Origin: an uncultured Solirubrobacterales bacterium
GTDB taxonomy: Bacteria; Actinomycetota; Thermoleophilia; Solirubrobacterales; Solirubrobacteraceae
Assembly: GCA_963849215.1 (NCBI GenBank)
Contig: CAWKGR010000002.1
Location: 21,662 to 85,661 of the forward strand
Length of the DNA: 64,000 nt
Direction: 5' to 3'
In this document: one piece after another, positions 36,931-45,737 of the stretch
Position numbering within the stretch: position 1 is the stretch's first letter
How the letters are laid out: the number at the start of each line of letters is the position of its first letter
Made by a program: the position numbers and the translations under genes
The notes under the pieces: model-generated
What the model saw: the letters and a program-made list of their open reading frames with translations, nothing else
What the model was told of the DNA's origin: nothing
Databases searched by the model: none

Positions 36931-37392
36931 CTACCAGCTGGTTGATTCTTTTGCGCCTTTGCAGCCTGTCGTACTGCTTTTGCAGAGGTGTTCCACTACT
37001 CCGCTTGCCAGCCTCTTGACTGTGAATGTATCGCCAGTGTTCTGCGCCGTGACGATGACTTCATAGCCTTTGTTGCCGGTTTCGATGCCTTTTGCGGTTG
37101 TGAGCTCGGCTTCTTTGGTGTTCGTAGTATTGATCGACGGCTCGATTTTGCTCAGTTCTGCCGGTGTCGTGAACGAGTATTCGCCACCGTTTTCGGTCGC
37201 GAACGTCTCAGCAGCGGTCTGAGAGGTCTGAGCCAGAGTCTCCGCCGAGGAGTCATAGGCCTTGCTCTTCTGGCTAAGGAACGCAGGAATCGCGATCGCG
37301 GCGAGAATACCGACGATCAAGATCACTACCAGGAGTTCGATGAGCGTGAAGCCACCCTCATCAGATGCGCGCTGGCGCAGTCGATTTAGCAT
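36931..37392 (-). CDS. pilA: Type IVa pilin, copy 1
   Basis: MLNRLRQRASDEGG|FTLIELLVV; AAGGAGG RBS. Confidence 0.95.
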   Translation of the reverse strand: MLNRLRQRASDEGGFTLIELLVVILIVGILAAIAIPAFLSQKSKAYDSSAETLAQTSQTAAETFATENGGEYSFTTPAELSKIEPSINTTNTKEAELTTAKGIETGNKGYEVIVTAQNTGDTFTVKRLASGVVEHLCKSSTTGCKGAKESTSW

Positions 37393-37563
37393 TTGAATCC
37401 TCCTTGGGATCCGGTTTCTTGGGCGCCAGCCCTCAGTCCAACCGTCTCATGGCGACGGTGCGTTCCCCAAGATCGGTCTCACGATCGATCACAGGAGCCG
37501 CCGGCTTTGCTATACGCACTTTGGCGTGTACCTTGACCTGCGGTCTGGCTTTTCAGCGCGTTC

Positions 37564-37589
37564 ATCGACCGCGGTTGATCTGCCCTTTA
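37564..37589 (-). promoter_or_regulatory. sigma28/WhiG-type promoter of pilin copy 1 (TAAAG-N15-GTCGAT)
   Basis: Motif seen directly, about 170 bp upstream of the ATG. Confidence 0.75.
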
Positions 37590-37603
37590 GCGTTGCACCA
37601 AAC

Positions 37604-37643
37604 TTGGACGCATTACCCGCAAATTGGACGCATTACCCGCAAA
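37604..37643. repeat. Perfect 20-bp tandem repeat upstream of the pilin -35 box
   Basis: TTGGACGCATTACCCGCAAA x2. Confidence 0.95.
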
Positions 37644-37663
37644 CCGCGACCCGAAACGCGCTC

Positions 37664-37939
37664 TCAATGCCGCTTTAGCGCCGCCTGCTCCTGCTGGAAC
37701 TCCTGCGCGTCGGAGCCTGTCAGGCGCTCGCCGCTGCCGCGACACCACGGACAGGTGACCTTACGGGCATGGCCGCCTAGATTTGAGATGACCTTGCCGG
37801 TCCCATGGCACGGCATGCACTCTCGCGGCTCGCGTGACTCCTCGGCCGCCGGAGCCTCCTCATCCTGCTCGTGCGTGGAGGACGATGCTCCGCGCGGGCG
37901 CCCGGAGGTGGTCTGCTTGCGATCATGTGCGTCACTCAT
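37664..37939 (-). CDS. Small DnaJ-type zinc-finger protein
   Basis: CMPCHGTG and CPWCRGSG (CxxCxGxG x2). Confidence 0.75.
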   Translation of the reverse strand: MSDAHDRKQTTSGRPRGASSSTHEQDEEAPAAEESREPRECMPCHGTGKVISNLGGHARKVTCPWCRGSGERLTGSDAQEFQQEQAALKRH

Positions 37940-37965
37940 GGAGAGGCGAGATTAGCGTTCCGGGC

Positions 37966-39636
37966 GTGAGAACGCCCACGATCCCCCTGCGCTGGCTCGC
38001 TCTCGCCCTGATCACAGCGCTTGCGGGCGCACTGCGGCTGGTCGATCTCGGAGCGGTGCGACTCGACCCGTTCTATGACGCGGCGGTGCGCAGCATGGGG
38101 ATCTCCTGGCACAACTTCTTCTTCGGCGCATATGAGCCGGGCGGGAGCGTGTCGATCGACAAGCCGCCGGTTGACCTGTGGCTGCAGGTCGCCAGCGTAA
38201 AGCTGTTTGGCTGGAGCTCCACGTCGCTGAAGCTGCCCGAGGCGCTCGCGGGTACCGCGTCGGTACCGCTGCTGTACGCGGCGGTGCGACGCCCATTCGG
38301 GGTGCTTGCCGGGCTCGTGGCGGCGCTTGCGCTCGCGGTGCTGCCGATCGAGGTGATCACCGCGCGCAGCGACACGATGGATGCGGTCATGATGCTGCTG
38401 CTGGTGGGGGCGCTGCTGGCGCTCGTACGCGCCTGTGAGACCGGTAGCACCGTCTGGCTGCTCGCGGCCGCCGCGGCGCTCGGGGTGGCGTTCAACGTGA
38501 AGCTGCTCGAGTCGATAGTGGCGCTTCCAGGGCTGTTCGTGCTCGCCTGCCTTGGACTGCCGGGTGCCGCAGAGGGGCAGCAGCAGACTCCACGCGGGCG
38601 GCGAGCATGGCAGCTGGCTGCAGCCGCGGGCATGTACGCGGTAGTCGCGCTCTTGTGGTTGAGCTCCACACTGCTGTTCCCGGCACACGAGCGTCCGTAC
38701 GCGATCGGCTCGACCAATGGCAGCGCATGGAACGCGGCCTTTATCTTCAACGGCACCGAACGACTCAGCGGCAAAACGGTGGAAGTCGGTCAGGCGACGC
38801 CCGTAGCACTGCGCTCTGGTGGCAAAAGCCGTCTGGCCGCCTCGGCATCCACCCCGATCGCTCCTCCCTCGCCCACACGACTTTTGGCTCGAATGGGGCA
38901 ACTTCCGGCCAAGTGGCTCGGTTGGGAGGTGTTGGCGGCGCTGCTGCTGGGTGTGCTGGTCCTCGCCCGCGTCCTACGTCGAGGCGAGGAGCGTGTACGA
39001 CGTGCGATGGCGATCGGCGTGTTCGTGTGGCTCGTGACGGGGATTGTTCTGTTCAGCGCGATGGCACGCCTGCACCCGCGCTACGTGGAGAGCTTCACGC
39101 CGGCCGTGGCCGCCATGTTCGGGATCGGCGTGGCCTGGGTGGCAGGCGCTCCGAACAAGGCTCGATGGCTCGCGGTGCCGCTGACGGCGCTGCTCGCAAT
39201 ACCGCTCGTAGCGAGTGTGCAGGCCGTGAGAGCTGAGACGTCCGACGCGGGCGATGTTGGGGCCCTTGGCGGCGAAGAGCAGCGCTTGATGAGCGCATAC
39301 CTGCGCGCCAACCAGGGTGGAGCACGCTACGAGCTGGCGGCCGGCTCGGCTACGACCGTCGCGTCGCTGATCGTTCAGGACGCGCGTCCGGTGCTGATGC
39401 TGACGACTTACAACGGACTTGCTTTGACCGACGTGGCCCAGTTGAAGCGCCTGGTCGCCCGCGGAGAAGTGCGCTACGCGTTCCTCGATTCAGTGTGCGG
39501 GGGGCGCCCCTCGAAGACCACGGCTGGTTGCGCCCCCGTCGCGCTGTGGGTGCGTGAGCATGGAACCGACGTGTCGCGCCTGGCTGGGTTGCGCGCTAGC
39601 GGCATCCTGTGGCGACTACCGGGAGCACGCTCGTGA
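37966..39636 (+). CDS. GT-C glycosyltransferase (GT39/ArnT/PMT-like)
   Basis: 'FYDAAVRSM..SWHNFFFG', 'SIDKPP', 'RPYAIGSTNGS'; many TM segments. Confidence 0.85.
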   Translation: MRTPTIPLRWLALALITALAGALRLVDLGAVRLDPFYDAAVRSMGISWHNFFFGAYEPGGSVSIDKPPVDLWLQVASVKLFGWSSTSLKLPEALAGTASVPLLYAAVRRPFGVLAGLVAALALAVLPIEVITARSDTMDAVMMLLLVGALLALVRACETGSTVWLLAAAAALGVAFNVKLLESIVALPGLFVLACLGLPGAAEGQQQTPRGRRAWQLAAAAGMYAVVALLWLSSTLLFPAHERPYAIGSTNGSAWNAAFIFNGTERLSGKTVEVGQATPVALRSGGKSRLAASASTPIAPPSPTRLLARMGQLPAKWLGWEVLAALLLGVLVLARVLRRGEERVRRAMAIGVFVWLVTGIVLFSAMARLHPRYVESFTPAVAAMFGIGVAWVAGAPNKARWLAVPLTALLAIPLVASVQAVRAETSDAGDVGALGGEEQRLMSAYLRANQGGARYELAAGSATTVASLIVQDARPVLMLTTYNGLALTDVAQLKRLVARGEVRYAFLDSVCGGRPSKTTAGCAPVALWVREHGTDVSRLAGLRASGILWRLPGARS

Positions 39637-39662
39637 CCGCCACTATCGGTAGCGTGAATGCG

Positions 39663-40364
39663 ATGGACGCGTCCGCTTCGATGAACATTCTCGTCGTCGA
39701 CGACGAGGCTCCCTTGCGCGAGACTCTGACGCGCTCCTTCTCCAAGGAGGGCCACACCGTGCAGGCAGTGGCAGACGGTGCGGAAGCGATCGAGCGCGCC
39801 GGCTCTGAGCAGTTCGACGTGATCCTGCTGGACGTGGCGCTTGGGTCTGGGCCAAATGGCTATGACGTGTGTCGTGCACTGCGGGGACAGCGCAACATCG
39901 TGCCAATCATCATGTTGACCGCGCTTGATACAGAGGCGGACGCCGTCCAAGGCCTAGAGGCGGGCGCCGACGATTACGTGACCAAGCCGTTCGGGCTGGC
40001 CGAGCTGCGCAGCCGCATCCGCGCTGTGCTGCGCCGCTCGGGGCCACGGGCGATGGGTCGGGAGGTGCTGAGCATCGGGCCGATCACGCTCGACCGCAGC
40101 CACCGTGAAGCAAGTGCCCACGACGAGCAGGTGAAGCTCACATTCTCAGAGTTCGAGCTGCTGGCGCAGCTGATGTCCGAACCCGGAAGGCTGTTCAACC
40201 GCCAGGAGTTGCTGCGTGCGATCTGGGGCGACTCCGCCTATCGCGACCCACGCGCGATCGACGTTCACATCCGTCATCTGCGCGAGAAGATCGAGGAGCG
40301 ACCGGAGGAACCCAAGCTGATCCTGACCGTGCGCGGCGCGGGGTACCGCTTCCAAGAGCCGTGA
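39663..40364 (+). CDS. OmpR family response regulator
   Basis: ILVVDDE, LLDV, GADDYVTKPF and TVRGAGYRF motifs. Confidence 0.95.
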   Translation: MDASASMNILVVDDEAPLRETLTRSFSKEGHTVQAVADGAEAIERAGSEQFDVILLDVALGSGPNGYDVCRALRGQRNIVPIIMLTALDTEADAVQGLEAGADDYVTKPFGLAELRSRIRAVLRRSGPRAMGREVLSIGPITLDRSHREASAHDEQVKLTFSEFELLAQLMSEPGRLFNRQELLRAIWGDSAYRDPRAIDVHIRHLREKIEERPEEPKLILTVRGAGYRFQEP

Positions 40365-41869
40365 ACGAGCAGGCTCAGCGGGCCGGCAACGGCAGCAGGG
40401 GCCGTGCAGGCATACGCCGACACGTGTTGGGACTGCGTCCCAGGATGTTCGCGGCACTGCTGCTCTCGAGCGCGGTGACGCTCGCCGTGGCGGCCCTCGC
40501 ACTGTTCTCGCCGCTCGAGCAGCGGCTGCGCACCGAGGGCGAGGCCGGTGTGTTCGCGGCCATCTCGGTGTCGCGTGGCGAGTTTGAAGAGATCGGAGTC
40601 GATCCCGCCACAGGACGCCCCGACAGTCGCGAACTGGAGGCCACCGTGTCGCTGTTGCGCCACCGTTCCGGCGCGGAGGTGACAGTGCTCAACGGCAAGC
40701 TCGAGACGATCTACGCGCCTACCGATCAGGATCTCGATGTGCCCGACTACTACACGCAGGTCGCCAGGGCGCTTCGCACCGGCAATGGTGTGCACACATT
40801 GATCGGCAACGAGCTGGTGGCGGTCGAGCCGATGCGAATCGGCGAGAGTGGGTCGCTGGACGCGGTGGTACTCGTGCGCCGGCTGGAATATGTGATCTCC
40901 ACCGTTCAGGTGGTGCGCAAAGCATTCATCGAGGCGGCGGCTGTCGGCTTTGGAATCGCGCTGCTGCTCGGGATCGCGCTCACCACGACACTGCTGCGAC
41001 GGCTGGAGCGGCTGCGTGAAGCCGCTGGCGAACTGGAGCGTCGAGGCCTCGACGCTCCGATCCACGTGGACGATCGCAACGACGAGATCGGCGATCTGAC
41101 CCGTGCGTTCACGAGCATGCAGGCGCGCCTGCGCCGTCAGGTGCAGGCGCGCCATGCGTTCGTGGCGACCGCCTCGCACGAGCTGCGCACCCCGCTGGCT
41201 TCGCTCGATGGAACGCTGGAGCTACTCGAAGATGATCTCGACCCTCAGCAGCTTGACCTTGCCGATGCCCGTGAGCGCACCACCCGAGCACGCGAGCAAT
41301 CCCATCGACTGTCAAGCCTCGCCTCCGATCTGCTCGACCTGAGCCGCCTGGATGCCGAGGTACCGTTGCGCGCGGAGCCGGTCGAGCTAGGGGAGCTCTG
41401 CCGCGCTGTGGCGGCGGAATTCGAGCGCCGCGCCGTCGAGCGCGAGGTGCGCATTGAGGTGCACCAATTGCTGCAGGCCTGCTGGGCGACATGCGATCCG
41501 GGCGCGGTCGCTCAGATCATGCGGATCCTGCTGGACAATGCGATCGGGATCGCGCCGCCGGGCTCAAGCGTGCAGACTCACACAGCCACCGCCGCGGACG
41601 GCTCCTGGTCTCAGGTGACAGTAAGCGACGATGGACCGGGCATCCCGGACGTCGAGCGCGAGCATATCTTCGAGCGCTTCCGGCGCGGAAGCACCTCCGG
41701 CGGGCACAGCGGATTCGGGCTGGGGCTGGCAATTGGGCGGGAGCTCGCGAGCCGAATGGCCGGCACGCTGACACTGCTCGACGATGCCACTGACGAGACG
41801 GGGGCCTGCTTCGCGCTGCGCCTGCCGCCCGCACGCATCGATGACGAGCAGGCACCCAACGCACTATGA
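40361..41869 (+). CDS. HAMP-domain sensor histidine kinase
   Basis: Two TMs, DEIGDL, ASHELRTPL, LLDNA, DDGPG and GFGLGL motifs. Confidence 0.95.
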   Translation: MNEQAQRAGNGSRGRAGIRRHVLGLRPRMFAALLLSSAVTLAVAALALFSPLEQRLRTEGEAGVFAAISVSRGEFEEIGVDPATGRPDSRELEATVSLLRHRSGAEVTVLNGKLETIYAPTDQDLDVPDYYTQVARALRTGNGVHTLIGNELVAVEPMRIGESGSLDAVVLVRRLEYVISTVQVVRKAFIEAAAVGFGIALLLGIALTTTLLRRLERLREAAGELERRGLDAPIHVDDRNDEIGDLTRAFTSMQARLRRQVQARHAFVATASHELRTPLASLDGTLELLEDDLDPQQLDLADARERTTRAREQSHRLSSLASDLLDLSRLDAEVPLRAEPVELGELCRAVAAEFERRAVEREVRIEVHQLLQACWATCDPGAVAQIMRILLDNAIGIAPPGSSVQTHTATAADGSWSQVTVSDDGPGIPDVEREHIFERFRRGSTSGGHSGFGLGLAIGRELASRMAGTLTLLDDATDETGACFALRLPPARIDDEQAPNAL

Positions 41870-41921
41870 GCCTCGCGCCGTCCGCGACGCGCGAGCACCG
41901 GCGATCGGAGAGGATAAGCCG

Positions 41922-43172
41922 ATGAATGAGTCCATCGAGCACCAGAGCTCAGCCGACCCTGCGACCGTGCTCGAGCAGATCGGCGAGCTAACCCAAGCCG
42001 CCGGACGGATCGCGCTCGACACGGAGTTCATGGGTGAGGGTCGCTATCGCACACTTCTGTGCCTGATCCAGCTCGCGGTCACCGACGGTAAGGGCAGGGA
42101 GCGGATCGAGATCGTGGACCCACTGGCGGGCGACCTGTCGGCAGACAGCAGCCAGGGAGGCGTGGCCGGCCGATCGGGCCAACCGCTCGCGCGGGCGCTG
42201 GCCGATCCACTCGTAGAGGTCGTGGTACACGCCGGGCGCCAGGACATCGCGCTGTTGCGCCGCGCGCTCGGGTGCGAGGTTGCGAACGTGTTCGACACGC
42301 AGGTGGCCGCCGGCTTCCTGGGGATGGGTGCACAGTGCTCCTACGACACCCTGCTCGCTGAGGTGCTTGGCGTGAGGCTTGCGAAGAGCGCCAGCTTCAC
42401 CCGCTGGGATGCGCGCCCGCTTTCAGCCGAGCAGCTCGAGTATGCACGCGAGGATGTCGTGCACCTAACCGCGCTGACCGTCGAGCTGCAGCGCCGGCTC
42501 GAGCAGGCCGGACGCTTGCGATGGGCACGCGAGGAGTGTGAGTTTCTCGAGCGGGTCAGCGACGAGCGCGACCCCGAGAGGATCTTCGAGCGACTCCCAC
42601 GTATCAGAGGCATGAGCGCACCCTCACAGGGTGTCGCACGTGAGCTAGTGGCATGGCGTGAGCGCACGGCCGCCGAGCGCGACAGGCCCGTCCAGAGCGT
42701 ACTCGGCGATGCGCAACTGGTCGAGATAGCCAAGCGCAAGCCAAGCTCGTTGCGCAAGCTGGAGGAGATTCGTGGGATCGGCCAGAACAGCTCGCGCAGA
42801 CGCGGTGAGGAGCTGCTGGAGGTCGTGCAGCGTGGGCTGCAAAGCGAGCCACCCCCGCGCAACAGCGGACCCCGTCCTCCCCAGCCCCAACCCGATGACG
42901 CGCCGCTGATAGCGCTCGCGGAGGCACTTATCAGAGCACGTGCGCGCGAAGCCGATGTCGCCTACGAGCTGCTCGCCTCACGCGCCGACCTACAGTCGAT
43001 CATCGTGACCCGCAACGAGCGTGTGACCTCAGCAGGCAAGCAGGACGGCGAGGCCGACGTGCGAACCCTGCGCGGCTGGCGTCGCGAGCTGGTTGGCGAA
43101 GAACTGTTGGCTTTGCTCGATGGTCGTGTATCCCTGTCGGTGCGCGCCGGGCGCCTGCGGATCGGCGCCTAG
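41922..43172 (+). CDS. rnd: Ribonuclease D (with HRDC domain)
   Basis: ALDTEF, LCLIQL, FDTQVAA, W..RPLS..QLEYA.EDV motifs. Confidence 0.9.
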   Translation: MNESIEHQSSADPATVLEQIGELTQAAGRIALDTEFMGEGRYRTLLCLIQLAVTDGKGRERIEIVDPLAGDLSADSSQGGVAGRSGQPLARALADPLVEVVVHAGRQDIALLRRALGCEVANVFDTQVAAGFLGMGAQCSYDTLLAEVLGVRLAKSASFTRWDARPLSAEQLEYAREDVVHLTALTVELQRRLEQAGRLRWAREECEFLERVSDERDPERIFERLPRIRGMSAPSQGVARELVAWRERTAAERDRPVQSVLGDAQLVEIAKRKPSSLRKLEEIRGIGQNSSRRRGEELLEVVQRGLQSEPPPRNSGPRPPQPQPDDAPLIALAEALIRARAREADVAYELLASRADLQSIIVTRNERVTSAGKQDGEADVRTLRGWRRELVGEELLALLDGRVSLSVRAGRLRIGA

Positions 43173-43188
43173 CACCCGATCGATGCCA

Positions 43189-43311
43189 GAGACGCGCGCC
43201 GTGCGTAGCGGGTCTCACAAGCGAACAATCACGGCGCGCGCCCCGCGCGTAGCGAGGTCCCCATCAGCGAACAACCCACGGCACGCGCGCCCCGCGCGCG
43301 TGGAGGTCCCC
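43189..43311. repeat. Imperfect ~45-bp hairpin-containing tandem repeats between convergent rnd and pilC
   Basis: AGCGAACAA..CACGGC..GCGCGCCCCGCGCG...GAGGTCCCC at 43220-43262 and 43266-43311, plus a degenerate copy near 43189-43218. Confidence 0.7.
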
Positions 43312-43321
43312 TCTTGGGTGC

Positions 43322-44530
43322 TTACTGGATGCTGTTGTAGACCGTGAACATCGGCAGGTACATCGAGATCACGATGAAACCGACGATCCCACCGATCACG
43401 AGGATCATGATCGGCTCCATGATCGAGGTCAGCATTTTGACCGACGCGTCCACCTGATCGTCGTAGAAGTCGGCGATCTTGCCGAGCATCTGATCGAGTG
43501 CGCCCGTCTCCTCGCCGACGCCGACCATGTGCGTGACCATCGTGGGGAACACGGTCGCCTTCGAGAGCGGCTCTGAGATCGTGCCACCACGCTTGACTGA
43601 GGCGATCACACCACTCATCGCGTCCTCGACAACGATGTTGCCGGCCGTCTTGCCAGTGATCTCCAGCGCGAGCAGCAGCGGCACTCCTGCGGATATCAGC
43701 GAGGAGAGCGTGCGCGACCAGCGCGCGACCGCAATCTGCTGCACGAGGGCGCCGATCTTCATCGGCACGCGCAGACGAAAGCGATCCCACTGCGGACGTC
43801 CCACCTTGGATTTCTTCCACTTCAAGAACCCGAATACGACGGCACCCATGGTGCTGAACATGGCCCACCAGTATTGGGTGACGATCTTCGACATCAGCAC
43901 CGACACCTTCGTGATCGCAGGAAGTTCTCCACCGAATTCCTTGAACACACCCTCGAAAACCGGCACGAGGAACGCGACCAGAGCGAGCATGACCCCGACC
44001 GCAAAGACGAGTATCAACGTCGGGTAAATCATCGCCGAGCGCACCTGACGGCGCAATGACGCGTCCTTCTCCAACTGGTCGGCGACACGCTTGAGGGAAT
44101 CTTCAAGCAGACCGCCGGCCTCGCCGGCACTGGTCATGGCCACGAACAATGGTGTGAACACCTTGGGGTGTGACTCCATCGCGCTCGAGAGCGACATGCC
44201 CGCCTCAACGTCCTTGCGCACCTGAACGATCGTTTCCTTCAAGAACTTGTTCTCGGTTTGTTCCTCGAGCACATACAGGGCGCGCAGGATCGACAGGCCG
44301 GAGGAGATCATGGTGGCGAGCTGGCGGGAGAACACGGCCAGGTCGGTTGCCTTGACCGACTTCAGGAAGCTCAGCTCAATCTCGCGCGAGGCGTGCTTGT
44401 CGGCGATGTCAAGCACGATCATGCCGCGCGACTTCAACTGGTCGGAGACGGCCTGCTTGGAATCGGCCTCGATCTCTCCGCGTGCCTTGCCGCCCGTCAT
44501 GTCCATCGCCTTGAAGACGTAGGTGCTCAT
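43322..44530 (-). CDS. pilC: Type IV pilus platform protein
   Basis: FSRQLATMI, AGEAGG, SAMIYP, GEETGALD and MYLPMF motifs. Confidence 0.95.
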   Translation of the reverse strand: MSTYVFKAMDMTGGKARGEIEADSKQAVSDQLKSRGMIVLDIADKHASREIELSFLKSVKATDLAVFSRQLATMISSGLSILRALYVLEEQTENKFLKETIVQVRKDVEAGMSLSSAMESHPKVFTPLFVAMTSAGEAGGLLEDSLKRVADQLEKDASLRRQVRSAMIYPTLILVFAVGVMLALVAFLVPVFEGVFKEFGGELPAITKVSVLMSKIVTQYWWAMFSTMGAVVFGFLKWKKSKVGRPQWDRFRLRVPMKIGALVQQIAVARWSRTLSSLISAGVPLLLALEITGKTAGNIVVEDAMSGVIASVKRGGTISEPLSKATVFPTMVTHMVGVGEETGALDQMLGKIADFYDDQVDASVKMLTSIMEPIMILVIGGIVGFIVISMYLPMFTVYNSIQ

Positions 44531-44575
44531 CTCAGACGATCCGATTCATCAGTGGGGGGGACACGGGTGCCCATC

Positions 44576-45658
44576 TCAGGCCGCCAGCGATGCGGCGCCA
44601 CCGAGCAACCGGCGCAGGTCTTCTGGGGAGGAGGAGCGGTCTTCGGCGAGTTTCTGGGAGATCTTGCCGGTTCGCATCAGTGTGGCCAGCGCCGCGTCCA
44701 TCGTCTGCATTCCCTGCGCTGAGCCGGTTTGAAGGACGGAGTAGATCTGGTGGGTCTTGCCCTCGCGAATCAGGTTGCGCACAGCCGGATTGGGGACTAG
44801 CACCTCACAGGCGGCGACGCGTCCAGCGCCGTCGGCTGTTGGGAGTAGCTGCTGAGTGATGATCCCCTGTAGGGCAACCGACAGCTGCACCCGCACCTGC
44901 CCCTGCTGCTCTGGGGAGAATACATCGATGATGCGGTCAACCGTCTGCGCGGTGTCCTGGGTGTGCAGTGTCGCGAACACAAGGTGGCCGGTCTCAGCGG
45001 CAGTCAGCGCCGTTGAGATCGTCTCCAGGTCGCGCATCTCGCCGACCAGGATCACATCGGGGTCCTGGCGCAGCGCGGCCTTCAGCGCGTCGGCGAAGCT
45101 CTGCGCGTCGGAGCCCAGCTCGCGCTGGTTGACCAGGCACTTCTTGTGGGCATGCAGGAACTCGATCGGATCCTCGATCGTCATGATGTGCTCCTCGCGC
45201 GTGGAGTTGATCTCATCGAGCATCGCCGCCAGCGAGGTGGACTTGCCCGAGCCGGTGGGGCCCGTGACGAGCACCAGGCCACGTGGCTTGCGCGTGAGAT
45301 CGTGCACGATTGGGGGCAGACCGAGCTGGTCGATCGAGGTCAGCTCGAAGGGGATCAGGCGGAAAGCCGCGCCGATCGCGCCACGCTGGAAGTAAGCGTT
45401 GACACGAAAGCGGGCGTGGCCTGGGATCGAGTAGGCGAAGTCGAGTTGCCAATTGGTCTCAAGGCGCTGGCGCTGATCGCCGGAGAGGATCGAGTAGACG
45501 ATCTCGCGCGTGTCGGTATCGGTGAGATCCGGGTAGCCCTCCAAGCGCACGAGACGGCCGCGAACACGCACAGTCGGTTGCGCACCAGCAGCAAGGTGAA
45601 GGTCGGAGGCGCGTCGCGTGACGACCTCCATCAGCAGATCCGCGAAATCGATGCTCAT
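44576..45658 (-). CDS. pilT: Type IV pilus retraction ATPase
   Basis: ASDLHL, GPTGSGKST, ALRQDPDVILVGEMRD, AVRNLIRE and GMQTM motifs. Confidence 0.96.
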   Translation of the reverse strand: MSIDFADLLMEVVTRRASDLHLAAGAQPTVRVRGRLVRLEGYPDLTDTDTREIVYSILSGDQRQRLETNWQLDFAYSIPGHARFRVNAYFQRGAIGAAFRLIPFELTSIDQLGLPPIVHDLTRKPRGLVLVTGPTGSGKSTSLAAMLDEINSTREEHIMTIEDPIEFLHAHKKCLVNQRELGSDAQSFADALKAALRQDPDVILVGEMRDLETISTALTAAETGHLVFATLHTQDTAQTVDRIIDVFSPEQQGQVRVQLSVALQGIITQQLLPTADGAGRVAACEVLVPNPAVRNLIREGKTHQIYSVLQTGSAQGMQTMDAALATLMRTGKISQKLAEDRSSSPEDLRRLLGGAASLAA

Positions 45659-45709
45659 TACTTAGCCCTTCGGTCGGCGGTGGTGCGTGCGTGAGGTGCC
45701 ATTGGCCCC

Positions 45710-45737
45710 TTATCGGCAGATGTGCGGCGTATCTCAA
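45710..45737 (-). promoter_or_regulatory. sigma28/WhiG-type promoter of pilT-pilC (TTGAG-N15-GCCGATAA)
   Basis: Consensus -10 GCCGATAA with 15-bp spacing. Confidence 0.7.

Larger units (their letters stand above)
36053..37392. repeat. Tandem duplication of a ~670-bp promoter/terminator/pilin unit
   Basis: Units start with ACAAAACTCATGGGAGGCTAATCGGCGG at 36053 and 36725; the coding parts are almost identical. Confidence 0.95.
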
